DNA of 64,000 nucleotides, taken from NCBI GenBank assembly GCA_041603535.1, contig JBFIEE010000008.1, positions 3,169 through 67,168 of the forward strand. Reading direction: 5' to 3'. The notes beneath the pieces were generated by a model. It saw nothing but the letters and a program-made list of their open reading frames with translations, did not search any database and had not been told where the DNA came from. This document shows positions 30,370-40,339 of the stretch, piece after piece. The position numbers and the translations under genes were made by a program. How positions within the stretch are numbered: the first letter of the stretch is position 1; each line of letters opens with the position of its first letter. The DNA is from Porticoccaceae bacterium. Lineage in GTDB: Bacteria > Pseudomonadota > Gammaproteobacteria > Pseudomonadales > Porticoccaceae.

Positions 30370-31311
30370 CTACTTTAGGGCCGCTGCATCGGTGTGGTAA
30401 CCGGCTGCGTGAATGATGTTTACGGCGACAGGGTCTGAGATTAACCAGGCGCAGAAGCGGCGTGCTGCCGCGAGGTTTTTACTGGCTGCAAGAATAACGC
30501 CCTGCTGGACAATGGGGGCGTATAAATGTTGCGGAGGCAGCCAGTAAAAGCCGGGGTTATCTGGCGATTGCAGTGACTCAATGGCAGTTTGCGCCTGATA
30601 TGGCGTAGCGGCTGATCCAGGTGCTAAACCTGTTGGGCGGGCAGTGGGTCGGGCTTGCCGGAGTTGAGAAAGGGCAACAAATGCGACATCAGCGTTGCCG
30701 GTGGCCGCGTAGTGCCAAGCCTGACCAACACTTTCAGCCAGGGCCAGTCGTTTGCTCGCCACCAGCGCGTCCCACTGTTGCTCGGCGATCAATACCTGCC
30801 TGGCGGCACGTCCGTAGGGCGCATGACGAGGGCTGGCCAGGGCGACAATCCTGGTTGCGCCGAGATCAAGTCCACCCTTACTGGTGTTGTCAGGGTCTCC
30901 TCGGGCGTGCCATACCGCCAGCGTGCCGAGTGCGTAAGTGAAGCGGGAGTCGCGCAACGCTAATTGCTGGTTCGCCAGCATGACTGGAAGTTCGCTGTCC
31001 GCCGACAGAAAGATATCGTAGGGCGCACCCTGGACGATTTGAGCGTAGAGTTTGCCGGACGAACCGACACTCATTCGCACCGTATCATTGGACTGGAGTT
31101 GATATTGATGTACCAGGGTCCTGAGCGTAGCAGCAAAGTTGGCCGCCACGGCAACGCTGAGGTCAGCACCGCTGGTGGTGGTTGACCAACCGATTATCAG
31201 CACGGCCAGCAGGCGTTGGGGAAAGGCTGTTGCCAGGGGCGCGCTTGCCGCGCAATGGCGGCGGGACAAACCGATGAGGAGACTGATTGCCCTGCTTACT
31301 GACGGTCGCAT
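30370..31311 (-). CDS. modA: Molybdate ABC transporter periplasmic binding protein, longer than usual
   Basis: ModA-type motifs AAANFAATL, GSSGKLYAQIVQGAPYDIFLSAD and APYGRAARQVL, plus a signal-like N-terminus. An extra Pro/Ala-rich segment RPTARPTGLAPGSAATPYQ is present. Confidence 0.85.
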   Translation of the reverse strand: MRPSVSRAISLLIGLSRRHCAASAPLATAFPQRLLAVLIIGWSTTTSGADLSVAVAANFAATLRTLVHQYQLQSNDTVRMSVGSSGKLYAQIVQGAPYDIFLSADSELPVMLANQQLALRDSRFTYALGTLAVWHARGDPDNTSKGGLDLGATRIVALASPRHAPYGRAARQVLIAEQQWDALVASKRLALAESVGQAWHYAATGNADVAFVALSQLRQARPTARPTGLAPGSAATPYQAQTAIESLQSPDNPGFYWLPPQHLYAPIVQQGVILAASKNLAAARRFCAWLISDPVAVNIIHAAGYHTDAAALK

Positions 31312-31359
31312 ATAGGTTCGTTCAGTGCCTGATCTGGGCGGCCCGGGATACCCTTGTCG

Positions 31360-31980
31360 TCAGTTGGCCAGGCCCCGGGCAACCATCGACGCCATTTCGT
31401 CCGCTACCTCTCTGGTCGTCATTTCACCGCCCACCTGGTACCAGCGGGTCATCCAGTTTATGGCACCGAAAACGGTAAATGAGGCTATTTTGGGGTTGCA
31501 CCTGCGTATTGAGCCGTCGCGTATCCCCCCTTCAATCATCTGCCGCATCGCCGTGTCGAGTCGAAAATAGAACGGATCTATCTGTGAAAGATATTTTTCA
31601 GACAAGGGCTCAGGGCCAGGATGAGACAGGCAGCGGCCAAATTCGTCGTCAAATACTGACGTGAATACATGAATAAAGCGAACCAGCTTATCCATGCCGG
31701 GCAAGTCTGAATTTTCTATCTCTTCAGTTTTATCCAGTAACTGTGTGATCGCAGTGAGCAGGCATTGAAACAGGATGTCTTCCTTGTTTTCAACATAGTA
31801 ATAAAGCGTTGGCTTGGTGACCTGTAATTCGTCAGCGAGGTCATTGAGTGACGTTTCGCGAAAACCGTTTTGATTGAACAATCTTCCCGCCGTGCGCAAG
31901 ATAGCCATTCTTTTCAGCTCGTGCTGCACGTCTTTGCTTTGAATTGTTTTGCCCCAGCGCGTTTTATTGGATTTATTCAT
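31360..31980 (-). CDS. TetR/AcrR family transcriptional regulator
   Basis: HTH region ILRTAGRLFNQNGFRETSLNDLADELQVTKPTLYYYV. The ORF opens at TTG 32016; ATG 31980 is more likely. Confidence 0.85.
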   Translation of the reverse strand: MNKSNKTRWGKTIQSKDVQHELKRMAILRTAGRLFNQNGFRETSLNDLADELQVTKPTLYYYVENKEDILFQCLLTAITQLLDKTEEIENSDLPGMDKLVRFIHVFTSVFDDEFGRCLSHPGPEPLSEKYLSQIDPFYFRLDTAMRQMIEGGIRDGSIRRCNPKIASFTVFGAINWMTRWYQVGGEMTTREVADEMASMVARGLAN

Positions 31981-32410
31981 GGCTTTGTTTCGGGTGCATG
32001 ATGACTTGGCCCGCAAGTTTATCCAAATAGCGGCTCAATTGCCATGCAAAAGTAACAATTTCTACCTTCTGGTAAATAATTGATACCGTGTTTGCCTGTA
32101 GATAAATTATTTTAAAAACAGCATATTAAGCCAAGCTGCAGGTTGCATTTGATGTCGTTAGAATTTCCAGGCCGAGTATGCCAGCTTGCCGGTAACTGTA
32201 TTGACCATGTTGATGGTGATGGCAGGGCAGAGCAACGTCGAAGGCGAGTTCCTTCAGGCTTTTACACCGGCGGTTGTTACACGACATCGATGCCCGCACT
32301 TACGCCGGCGCAGGCTTGTTGCTCAGCAGCCCGTCAATACGCTTGTTTTGTGACACGGGGGGCGATACATTGACCGGCTTTTAACCGGGTGGGATTGGCC
32401 GCTTACGCCG

Positions 32411-32851
32411 ATGATAGAAGAAAAGTACATAGGCGAGACATTCCCGGCGCTTACGGTTGACGTCGAGATATGGCAATTGAAGTTTTTTGCCAAAGCGGTT
32501 GGGGAAACTAACCCGATCTATTTCGATGAACAGCGTGCCCGGGAGGCTGGCCACCGCTCGATTGTGGCGCCACCGACGTACGCGGTTACCTTGAGCTGCG
32601 CGGTGCCCAACCCTTTTGCCAGATTGACTCAGCTGGGTATGGATCTCACTAAAATTCTGCATACCAATCAGCGTTTTGAATACTTCGCACCGATTTATGG
32701 CCGTGACTGCATTACCTTCGTGGCAACCATCGTGGACGTTTATGAAAAACGCAACGGCAAGTTCCAGTTTATGGTGGAGGAAACTGTCGCCACCAATCAA
32801 ATGGGTGAGTTGACGACACGTTTCAGACAAACCATTGTTGAGCGCAGGTAG
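32411..32851 (+). CDS. MaoC-like hot-dog protein, N-terminal-type subunit of a split (R)-hydratase
   Basis: A 146-aa hot-dog fold (IYFDEQRAREAGHRSIVAPPTY) lacking the hydratase motif, paired with the next gene. Confidence 0.7.
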   Translation: MIEEKYIGETFPALTVDVEIWQLKFFAKAVGETNPIYFDEQRAREAGHRSIVAPPTYAVTLSCAVPNPFARLTQLGMDLTKILHTNQRFEYFAPIYGRDCITFVATIVDVYEKRNGKFQFMVEETVATNQMGELTTRFRQTIVERR

Positions 32852-32862
32852 CAGGTGGGCAT

Positions 32863-33306
32863 ATGACTGGGGCGCTCATGAACAAGATTGATTTTTTAAG
32901 CGTTGCAATTGGCGATGAACTACCCGCGTTGACCAAGCCGCCCATTACGCGGGCGACCTTAAGCTATTTTTGTGGCGCTTCCAACGATCACAACCCGATT
33001 CATGTCGACCTTGATTTTGCCCGTGCGGCTGGTAAGGACGACGTTTTTGCACACGGTATGCTGGGTATGGCCTACATGGGACAGTTGCTCACCAACTGGG
33101 TGCCGCAGCTGGCGATTGTCAGTTTTGAGGTTAAGTTTGCCGCCATCGTTTTCGTGGGTGATGAAATTACCTGCCGGGGGGTGGTCAGCGAGCGATTTGA
33201 GGGCGAGGGCGGACCCTATGTCAGGATTAAGTTAAAAGCAGTTGATCAACAGGGTGAAGCGAAACTAAGCGGTGAAGCGATTATTCGCCCTTTCGATCTG
33301 GCCTGA
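32863..33306 (+). CDS. MaoC family (R)-specific enoyl-CoA hydratase subunit
   Basis: Hydratase motif context SNDHNPIHVDLDFARAAGKDDVFAHG. Confidence 0.8.
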   Translation: MTGALMNKIDFLSVAIGDELPALTKPPITRATLSYFCGASNDHNPIHVDLDFARAAGKDDVFAHGMLGMAYMGQLLTNWVPQLAIVSFEVKFAAIVFVGDEITCRGVVSERFEGEGGPYVRIKLKAVDQQGEAKLSGEAIIRPFDLA

Positions 33307-33415
33307 GTGATCGCCTGCCTGAAGGCTTGCCGGACAGATAGATAACAGTTAATAGAATCCCAGTTAATTAATAAAATCCCAGTTAATACATAGACGCTCA
33401 AATAAGGATGATCAT

Positions 33416-34561
33416 ATGCACCCATACCGATCCCCGTGGATGGATGAAAATCTGGAAATATATCGCCAATCGGTGGCACGGTTTGTCGAAACCGAGATGG
33501 TACCCAGCGATGAAAAGTGGCGTAAACAACACTACGTGGATAAAGACCTGTGGCGCAAAGCGGGTGCCCAGGGCTTCCTGTGTAGCGATATTCCCGAACA
33601 GTACGGCGGTGGTGGGGCGGATTTCCGTTTTGAGACGGTATTTTACGAGGAGCAATGGCGTCGCGGTTTATCTGGCATGGGCCAGGGTGTGCACAGTATC
33701 AGCGCGCATTACATTCTGAATCACGGTACCGAGGCCCAAAAACTACGCTGGCTGCCAAAGATGGCGCGCGGCGAAATGATCGGTGCCATTGCCATGACGG
33801 AACCGGGCACGGGCTCTGACTTGCAGGCGATCACAACGCGGGCGGTGAAGGATGGCGACCACTACGTGGTCAACGGCGCGAAAACGTTCATCACCAACGG
33901 GTTTTTATGTGAGTTGCTGGTGTTGGTTGTCAAAACTGATCCCCAGGCCGGTGGCAGGGGCGTGTCCTTGCTGGTGCTGGAAACAGCGGGTTTGGCGGGC
34001 TATCGGGTCGGTCGCAAGCTGGAGAAGATGGGACAAAAAGCTCAGGATACCTGCGAGCTATTTTTCGAGGACGTGCGAGTCCACGAAAGCCAGTTACTGG
34101 GCGAGTGTGAAGGCGAGGGATTTAGACAATTGATGAGCGACCTGCCCTACGAAAGAATGACCGTTGGGGTCCAGAGCATCGCCACCATGGAGGGTGCTCT
34201 TGCAGAGACCGTCAAATACGTCAAGGAGCGCAATGTCTTTGGTAAGCCTTTGTTACAGCATCAAAATACGCGTTTCAAGCTGGGTGAATTGCATGCTCTG
34301 ATCAGGGCTGCACGGATTTTTGTCGACCGCTGTGTGGAGGATGTTGTCAGCGGTACCCTGGATACGGCGACGGCCTCCATGTGCAAGTGGTGGTCAAGTG
34401 AGCTGCTACAGAAAGTTGTCGACCAGTGTTTGCAGTTACATGGTGGGTACGGATACATGGACGAATACCTGATATGCCGCATGTACGCCGATGCGCGAGT
34501 GGCGCGCATTTACGCCGGAACCAGCGAAATCATGCTGGAGGTCATCGCGCGGGATCTCTAG
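33416..34561 (+). CDS. Acyl-CoA dehydrogenase
   Basis: A 381-aa ACAD: AMTEPGTGSDL, and a C-terminal catalytic-base region YAGTSEIM. Confidence 0.9.
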   Translation: MHPYRSPWMDENLEIYRQSVARFVETEMVPSDEKWRKQHYVDKDLWRKAGAQGFLCSDIPEQYGGGGADFRFETVFYEEQWRRGLSGMGQGVHSISAHYILNHGTEAQKLRWLPKMARGEMIGAIAMTEPGTGSDLQAITTRAVKDGDHYVVNGAKTFITNGFLCELLVLVVKTDPQAGGRGVSLLVLETAGLAGYRVGRKLEKMGQKAQDTCELFFEDVRVHESQLLGECEGEGFRQLMSDLPYERMTVGVQSIATMEGALAETVKYVKERNVFGKPLLQHQNTRFKLGELHALIRAARIFVDRCVEDVVSGTLDTATASMCKWWSSELLQKVVDQCLQLHGGYGYMDEYLICRMYADARVARIYAGTSEIMLEVIARDL

Positions 34562-34826
34562 CGGATTTATAGTCCCGGGATTTCGTCAGGGGGCAGTAAC
34601 ATCACGCAGTGCCACAGTTGAACTTTGATGCGGTCAGTCAATGGCCTGCAGTCCAATATTCCCCTGGGTAGCCGTTCGGGACAGCCAAATAACCATTGGG
34701 CGCTTACTCGGTGTCGATTGTTGCGCCGTGCTTGACCTTGTCCCTATACTCGGCTCCGCAAAAGAGGATACCAGGCCTGCTAGTGCCAACCTCGTTGGCA
34801 AACACATAATTTATACTGAGGCTAGA

Positions 34827-37070
34827 ATGGCCAAGGCAAAGCAAGTCGCGCGGCACCTAGGGATAGCAGCTTTATATGCCGCGGCGGGTTTTGCACTGCA
34901 GTATGCTGGCGGTGTGCTGGCTGTCAATAACTGGTTAACCTTCATGCTGTTGGGTGTGGCGTGGTTGCTGACCAGTGCCTACGTGCTTTATCGAAACTTC
35001 ATGGCCGATGTTGTTCCAGATCTTGGCAAAGGTGCCCTGCTGGACAGGGTGGCGACGGTGTCGCCCCTGATTGTCTGGAACATAGACGGCGGTGGCAGGT
35101 TGACCAGTGTAGTCGGGCGACCTCGCGATAACGAAAATTTGCCGCTCAGCGACATGGTTGGCTTGCCATTGGAGGGTTTTAAACCGTTAAGCGCGGATTT
35201 TTACTCCCTGTTGCAACGCGCTCAGACCGGTGAGCAGTTTGACGATGTCTGCTTTATCAGAAACCGCTGTTACCGCCATTATTTTTTCCCAGTCGACGAC
35301 GGACAAGCGGGGGACGACAATGGGCAGGGTGCTTTTCAATGTATCTCAATGGATGTCACGGCGGTCAACCAACTCAGGGCCAGGGCAGAGCTTTCCCAAC
35401 AAATTTTAGCAGGCGCGACCGAAGCAATTGTCGTCCTCGACCGCCGTCACAGAGTGACCAGCGTCAATCGCGCCTTCACGCAAATAACGGAGGTTTCGTC
35501 TGAGCGTGTGGTTGGCAAGCGCAGGGGTTTTGGTGTGCTTGGCACCCCCGATTTCGGCTTTTACCGGACAGTGTTAAAGGGCCTGAAGGAGTCCGGTTCG
35601 TGGCAGGGCGAAGTCCCGTTGCGGCGCAGCTCTGGCGAACTGTTTACGGCCAACTTTGTTATTAGTGTGATCAGGGATCGTTCCGGTTCGGTTAGTAATT
35701 ACGTTATTTTCTTCAGTGATATAACCCACATGCAGCGTACTCATGAGGAGTTACGTTATCTGGCGAACCACGACAATTTGACTGATTTACCCAATCGACG
35801 TCTGTTTCTGGACCGCCTTGAGCAGGGTATCAAGCGCGCCAAACGCGGCAACGCGCAGCTGGCAATCTTCTTTATTGACCTGGACAACTTCAAGTTGATT
35901 AATGATGCCCATGGGCACTATGTTGGCGATGAAATTCTCAAGGAGGTCGGACGTCGTTTGCTGTCGGTGGTGCGCCAAAGCGACACGGTCGCGCGCTTAG
36001 CGGGTGATGAATTTACCGTCATCACGGAAAACATTGAGGACGCACAGGAGGTAACGTCCATTGCCCGAAAGATCATGGGTTGTTTTGAAGAATCCTTTGC
36101 CGTTTCTGACGAGCGGCTGGAGATGTCGGCGAGTGTCGGCATTGGGGTTTATCCCGATGACGGCGAAGACCTGATGAGTTTGCTGAAGGGTGCCGATACG
36201 GCGATGTATAAAGCCAAGGCGGAGGGGCGTAACGGATTTTACAGTCTGTCCGAAGGTAAAACGGGTCACCTCCCCAGAGCGATGTTCTTCCCTTCGGAAT
36301 TACGCCTTGCGCTGAAGCGCCAACAGATGGAGCTGGTATATCAGCCATTGCACGATTTACGCAATGGGCGGGTGGTCGGTTGTGAGGGGCTGTTGCGCTG
36401 GAATCACCACCTTCGAGGCATTATATCCCCGGCCGACTTCATGACGTTATCCGAGGGCGCAGGTATTACCTCGGCCATTGGTAAATGGACCTTGAACGAA
36501 GCGTGCCAGCAGCTGCAGGCCTGGCGTGTGCAGCATGTCGATCTGCAATACGTGTCCATTAATATTGCTAGCTCGCAAATAAATGATCCCGGTTACCCGG
36601 AGTTGGTGATGGACGCGCTTGCCACACATCGTCTGCATCCATCGAGTTTGATGCTGGAAATCGCCGAGGGGGTGCTGTTACAGAACCTGACCAAAGCCTG
36701 TCAGTTTATGCGTCACCTCAGTCATGTCGGCGTCAAGTTTTGCGTCGATGAATACGGTTCATCTCATGCCGACTACAGCTATATCAGGGAGGTGCCGGTC
36801 GATGCGTTAAAAATCGATCAACGCCTGCTGGCCCGTATTCGAACCGGCAAAGAGGACTCCGCGTTGATAAGAGCCCTGGTTGGCATTGGTGATATCCTCG
36901 GCAAAAATGTCATTGCTGTGGGTGTTGAGCGACGCGGACAGGAGGAGCTCATGCAGGAGCTGGGCTGTCAGTGGGGCCAGGGTTTCCTCTACGCCAAACC
37001 GATGACGGCGGCAACGTTCAGTAAAACCTATGCCAGACCGACCATAAATCCTTATTTGTCGCGCAGTTAG
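34827..37070 (+). CDS. Membrane-anchored PAS-GGDEF-EAL signalling protein with degenerate motifs
   Basis: N-terminal TM helices and a PAS region. The GGDEF domain has RQSD (I-site) and AGDEF. The EAL domain has EGL, DEYG and VGVE in place of EAL, DDFG and EGVE. The ORF opens at 34641; ATG 34827 precedes the first TM helix. Confidence 0.85.
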   Translation: MAKAKQVARHLGIAALYAAAGFALQYAGGVLAVNNWLTFMLLGVAWLLTSAYVLYRNFMADVVPDLGKGALLDRVATVSPLIVWNIDGGGRLTSVVGRPRDNENLPLSDMVGLPLEGFKPLSADFYSLLQRAQTGEQFDDVCFIRNRCYRHYFFPVDDGQAGDDNGQGAFQCISMDVTAVNQLRARAELSQQILAGATEAIVVLDRRHRVTSVNRAFTQITEVSSERVVGKRRGFGVLGTPDFGFYRTVLKGLKESGSWQGEVPLRRSSGELFTANFVISVIRDRSGSVSNYVIFFSDITHMQRTHEELRYLANHDNLTDLPNRRLFLDRLEQGIKRAKRGNAQLAIFFIDLDNFKLINDAHGHYVGDEILKEVGRRLLSVVRQSDTVARLAGDEFTVITENIEDAQEVTSIARKIMGCFEESFAVSDERLEMSASVGIGVYPDDGEDLMSLLKGADTAMYKAKAEGRNGFYSLSEGKTGHLPRAMFFPSELRLALKRQQMELVYQPLHDLRNGRVVGCEGLLRWNHHLRGIISPADFMTLSEGAGITSAIGKWTLNEACQQLQAWRVQHVDLQYVSINIASSQINDPGYPELVMDALATHRLHPSSLMLEIAEGVLLQNLTKACQFMRHLSHVGVKFCVDEYGSSHADYSYIREVPVDALKIDQRLLARIRTGKEDSALIRALVGIGDILGKNVIAVGVERRGQEELMQELGCQWGQGFLYAKPMTAATFSKTYARPTINPYLSRS

Positions 37071-37326
37071 CGCCCAACAGCAGTCTGTTTAATACCGCAT
37101 AGCCTCCCTCGTTGTGTCGTCGAGACACGATGTCAAAACCCAAAAGTCACAAAACCTCATGAAAAAAACAGTCTCGGCAATTAAAATTGCTGGCCCGCCG
37201 TGACTGCGCATAGCTCGCATGGGGAGGCTGCTGACTGCAGAGCGATGCCATTGACTAGTGCCGCGAATGTAACGGGCGTTGCCTTAACGTATTACCGGTA
37301 TTTTTATTCAGGACGGAATTAGACTG

Positions 37327-39105
37327 ATGACCGATTACACACCGCCCGTTACTGACATGATGTTTGTTATCCGAGATGTGCTCGGGCTCGACGCTATCGC
37401 GGCGCTACCCGGGTATGAGGAGGCTGCGCCGGATCTGGTGGGCGCGATACTCGAAGAGGCGGCTCGATATTTTGGGGGAGTGATAGCGCCCACCAATCAA
37501 CCTGCTGATATTGAAGGTTGCAGGGTGGAAAACGGTGCCGTCGTGACACCGCCATCGCTGAATGGCTTATATGATGGGTTTAGGGATGCTGGTTGGCCTG
37601 CGCTAACCGGTGACGTTGACTACGGTGGTCAGGGGTTTCCACAGCTCGTTGGTATTGCTGTCGATGAAATGTTCCAGAGCGCTAACCTGGGTTTCTCCTT
37701 GCTACCCCTGTTGACCATGGGCGTGACAACCGCCCTGGAAAAGTTTGGCGATGCCAGGCAAAAAGCCCTCTATCTGCCGCGGCTGATCAGCGGTGAGTGG
37801 TCGGGCACCATGAATCTCACAGAGGCACAGGCAGGCAGTGATCTGGCCGCGGTTAGAACCCGGGCGGTGCCTGAGGATGATCACTACCTGATAAGTGGGC
37901 AGAAAATTTTTATCAGTTGGGGGGATCATGCGCTAGCCGACAATATTGTCCATCTGGTGCTGGCGAAAACGCCGGACGCCCCAGAGGGAGTCAAGGGCAT
38001 CTCCCTGTTTATTGTGCCGAAATTCCTCCACGACGAGAACGGTAATATCGGGGCGCACAACGATGTTTTGCCGGTCAGTGTCGAGCATAAAATGGGCATA
38101 CATGCGAGTCCAACGTGCGTGCTTAGTTACGGTGAAAATGGCGGTGCGGTCGGTTATCTGGTGGGCCGGGAAAACGAAGGGCTCACTTACATGTTTGCGA
38201 TGATGAATCATGCGCGACTGGCGGTTGGTCTACAGGGCGTATCGGTGGGTGAGCGCGCTTATCAGCAGGCTGTGACGTTTGCGAAAGAGCGGGAGCAGGG
38301 TTCGATGCCTGGTGTAGAGGGGCGCGCCACCATCATTCATTACCCTGATGTGCGCAGAATGTTGATGTTGATGAGGTCTCTGACCGAAGCTGGACGCCTG
38401 CTTTGCTATGCAGCGATGGGCCATTGGGACCGGGCCAGTCGCAGTGAGAGCGCCGCTGATCGGGACTATCATCAGCGGCGTGTTGATATTCTCACGCCGC
38501 TGGTTAAAGGCTGGTGTACCGAGGCGGGCAACGAGGTGACTTACTGGGGTGTTCAGATTCATGGTGGCATGGGTTTTATTGAGGAAACTGGCGTTGCCCA
38601 ATACATGCGAGATGCCCGTATCACGCCGATATACGAAGGCACGAATGGCATTCAGGCAATGGATCTGGTGGGTCGTAAGCTGTTACGAGATCGCGGCGCC
38701 GCTGCTCAGGAATTGCTCAACGAGTTGCGTGAAACGCTGCCGAAGCCAGCTGGGTCAGCATTGAATGACATGACGGCGTTGGTAGCCAGGAGTATTGACG
38801 CCTGTGAAGAAGCGATCAATCTGGTATTGACCAGGTCGGGTAGCAGCCCCGATTTTGCCGGTGCCGTGGCCTTTAATACGTTGTTATTAATGGGCACGAC
38901 GACAGCTGCAGCGTTGCTGCTGAAAAGCGCGGATATCGCTTGTCAACAGCTAGCTAGTGCGACAAATAACCGGTCCTTTTTGAACGCAAAGATAACGACA
39001 GCCCGGTTTTTTGCCGAACAGGTGCTGCCCCGTACCGACACCTATCTGCAAGTTATCAGATCCGGTGATACGGCCACGATGGCACTGGCTGAAGACGATT
39101 TTTAG
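37327..39105 (+). CDS. Large acyl-CoA dehydrogenase (about 590 aa, FadE-like with a C-terminal extension)
   Basis: NLTEAQAGSDL, IYEGTNGIQAMDL, and an extra C-terminal helical domain. Confidence 0.88.
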   Translation: MTDYTPPVTDMMFVIRDVLGLDAIAALPGYEEAAPDLVGAILEEAARYFGGVIAPTNQPADIEGCRVENGAVVTPPSLNGLYDGFRDAGWPALTGDVDYGGQGFPQLVGIAVDEMFQSANLGFSLLPLLTMGVTTALEKFGDARQKALYLPRLISGEWSGTMNLTEAQAGSDLAAVRTRAVPEDDHYLISGQKIFISWGDHALADNIVHLVLAKTPDAPEGVKGISLFIVPKFLHDENGNIGAHNDVLPVSVEHKMGIHASPTCVLSYGENGGAVGYLVGRENEGLTYMFAMMNHARLAVGLQGVSVGERAYQQAVTFAKEREQGSMPGVEGRATIIHYPDVRRMLMLMRSLTEAGRLLCYAAMGHWDRASRSESAADRDYHQRRVDILTPLVKGWCTEAGNEVTYWGVQIHGGMGFIEETGVAQYMRDARITPIYEGTNGIQAMDLVGRKLLRDRGAAAQELLNELRETLPKPAGSALNDMTALVARSIDACEEAINLVLTRSGSSPDFAGAVAFNTLLLMGTTTAAALLLKSADIACQQLASATNNRSFLNAKITTARFFAEQVLPRTDTYLQVIRSGDTATMALAEDDF

Positions 39106-39153
39106 GGCAAAAGAGTAATCCCGCGGCAGTGGTCGACGCTCGGAGTTGCTCGG

Positions 39154-39684
39154 TCACACGTCGGCGCCCCGTCCGAATTCAATGAGGATTTGACTGCACC
39201 AACGCTTGATTCTGTCGTCATTTAGCTCGAACTCATTGTCTTCGTCGAGGGCAAGACCAACGAAATGTCGACCGTCCGCAGTAAGCGCCTGTGATTCCCT
39301 GAAATTGTAGCCTGCGGTGGGCCACTGCCCGATGCTGTGCGCCCCGAGGCCGGTGACGTGAGTCCACAGATAGCCCATAGCATCCTGAAACCAGTCCGGA
39401 TAGCCTAACTGGTCGCCCAGGCCGTAGAGCGCGACGGTTTTGCCGTGCCAGTCGATATCGCCAAGCTCCGCCCAGACGTTTTCCCAATCCTCCTGCAGCT
39501 CACCGTAATCCCAGGTCGGGATCCCGAGTATTAACTGTTGATACTGAGCGGCCAGTGCGATCGGCTGGTGCGCGATATTGAACAGATCAACACGCGCCGG
39601 GCCAATGGTAGCGCGAATTTTTTCTGCAGCGATTTCCGTGTAGCAGGTAGCTGTGCCATAGAACAGGCCGATGTCACCGGGCAT
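39154..39684 (-). CDS. fldB: Long-chain flavodoxin, FldB type
   Basis: IGLFYGTATCYTEIAAEKIR and GIPTWDYGELQEDWE closely parallel E. coli FldB. Confidence 0.88.
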   Translation of the reverse strand: MPGDIGLFYGTATCYTEIAAEKIRATIGPARVDLFNIAHQPIALAAQYQQLILGIPTWDYGELQEDWENVWAELGDIDWHGKTVALYGLGDQLGYPDWFQDAMGYLWTHVTGLGAHSIGQWPTAGYNFRESQALTADGRHFVGLALDEDNEFELNDDRIKRWCSQILIEFGRGADV

Positions 39685-39686
39685 AA

Positions 39687-40151
39687 CTACCGCGCTCCGC
39701 AAAAATCCAGTTGCCGCCAGGCTTCATAGCAGACGATGGCGACAGCATTAGACAGGTTGATACTGCGATTATCAGGCAGCATGGGAATTCTCAACCGCGC
39801 TGATCCGGGCAACGTATTCAGGAACTCCGCAGGTAAGCCCCGTGTTTCGGCACCGAATACCAGTGTGTCGCCGCCGCTAAAGCGGGTGGTGTGGTAGTTG
39901 CAGCCACCCCTGGTGGTGATGGCGAAAATACGGCGGGGTTTGGTGTCGACGACAAAAGCTGGCCAGCTGTCGTGGACGGCAACTCGCTGAGTCTCCCGGT
40001 AATCGAGGCCCGCGCGACGCAATTTTTTATCATCCATCGTAAAACCCAGCGGCCTGATCAGATGCAGAGCGAAGCCCGTGTTGGCGCAGAGCCGAATGAT
40101 ATTGCCTGTATTGGGCGGAATTTCCGGTTCGTAGAGAACGATGTTTAGCAT
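39687..40151 (-). CDS. trmL: tRNA (cytidine/uridine-2'-O-)-methyltransferase TrmL (SpoU family)
   Basis: MLNIVLYEPEIPPNTGNIIRLCANTG... and a length of 154 aa match TrmL. The ORF's N-terminal extension to 40313 is judged spurious. Confidence 0.88.
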   Translation of the reverse strand: MLNIVLYEPEIPPNTGNIIRLCANTGFALHLIRPLGFTMDDKKLRRAGLDYRETQRVAVHDSWPAFVVDTKPRRIFAITTRGGCNYHTTRFSGGDTLVFGAETRGLPAEFLNTLPGSARLRIPMLPDNRSINLSNAVAIVCYEAWRQLDFCGAR

Positions 40152-40339
40152 GGTGGAGAAAGACCTAAAAAGTGCATTTTGACGGCTTCGGTGTTGCGGT
40201 GACAAGGATAGATCACTGGCGTTGGTAATAAACCGTCGGTGCGGTTTGTTCCTGACAGTACAGTGTGTAAAATCGCGCACTAGATGCCGGGACCCTGAGT
40301 GGTACCGGAGCATAATAAACGCTGGTCAAAGAGTGATCG

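Noticed and set aside
30370-31359. I looked for a Moco riboswitch or ModE operator upstream of modA.
   Set aside because: Only 48 bp separate modA from the TetR gene, too short for the riboswitch, and I could not find a convincing TATAT-N7-TAYAT-type operator.
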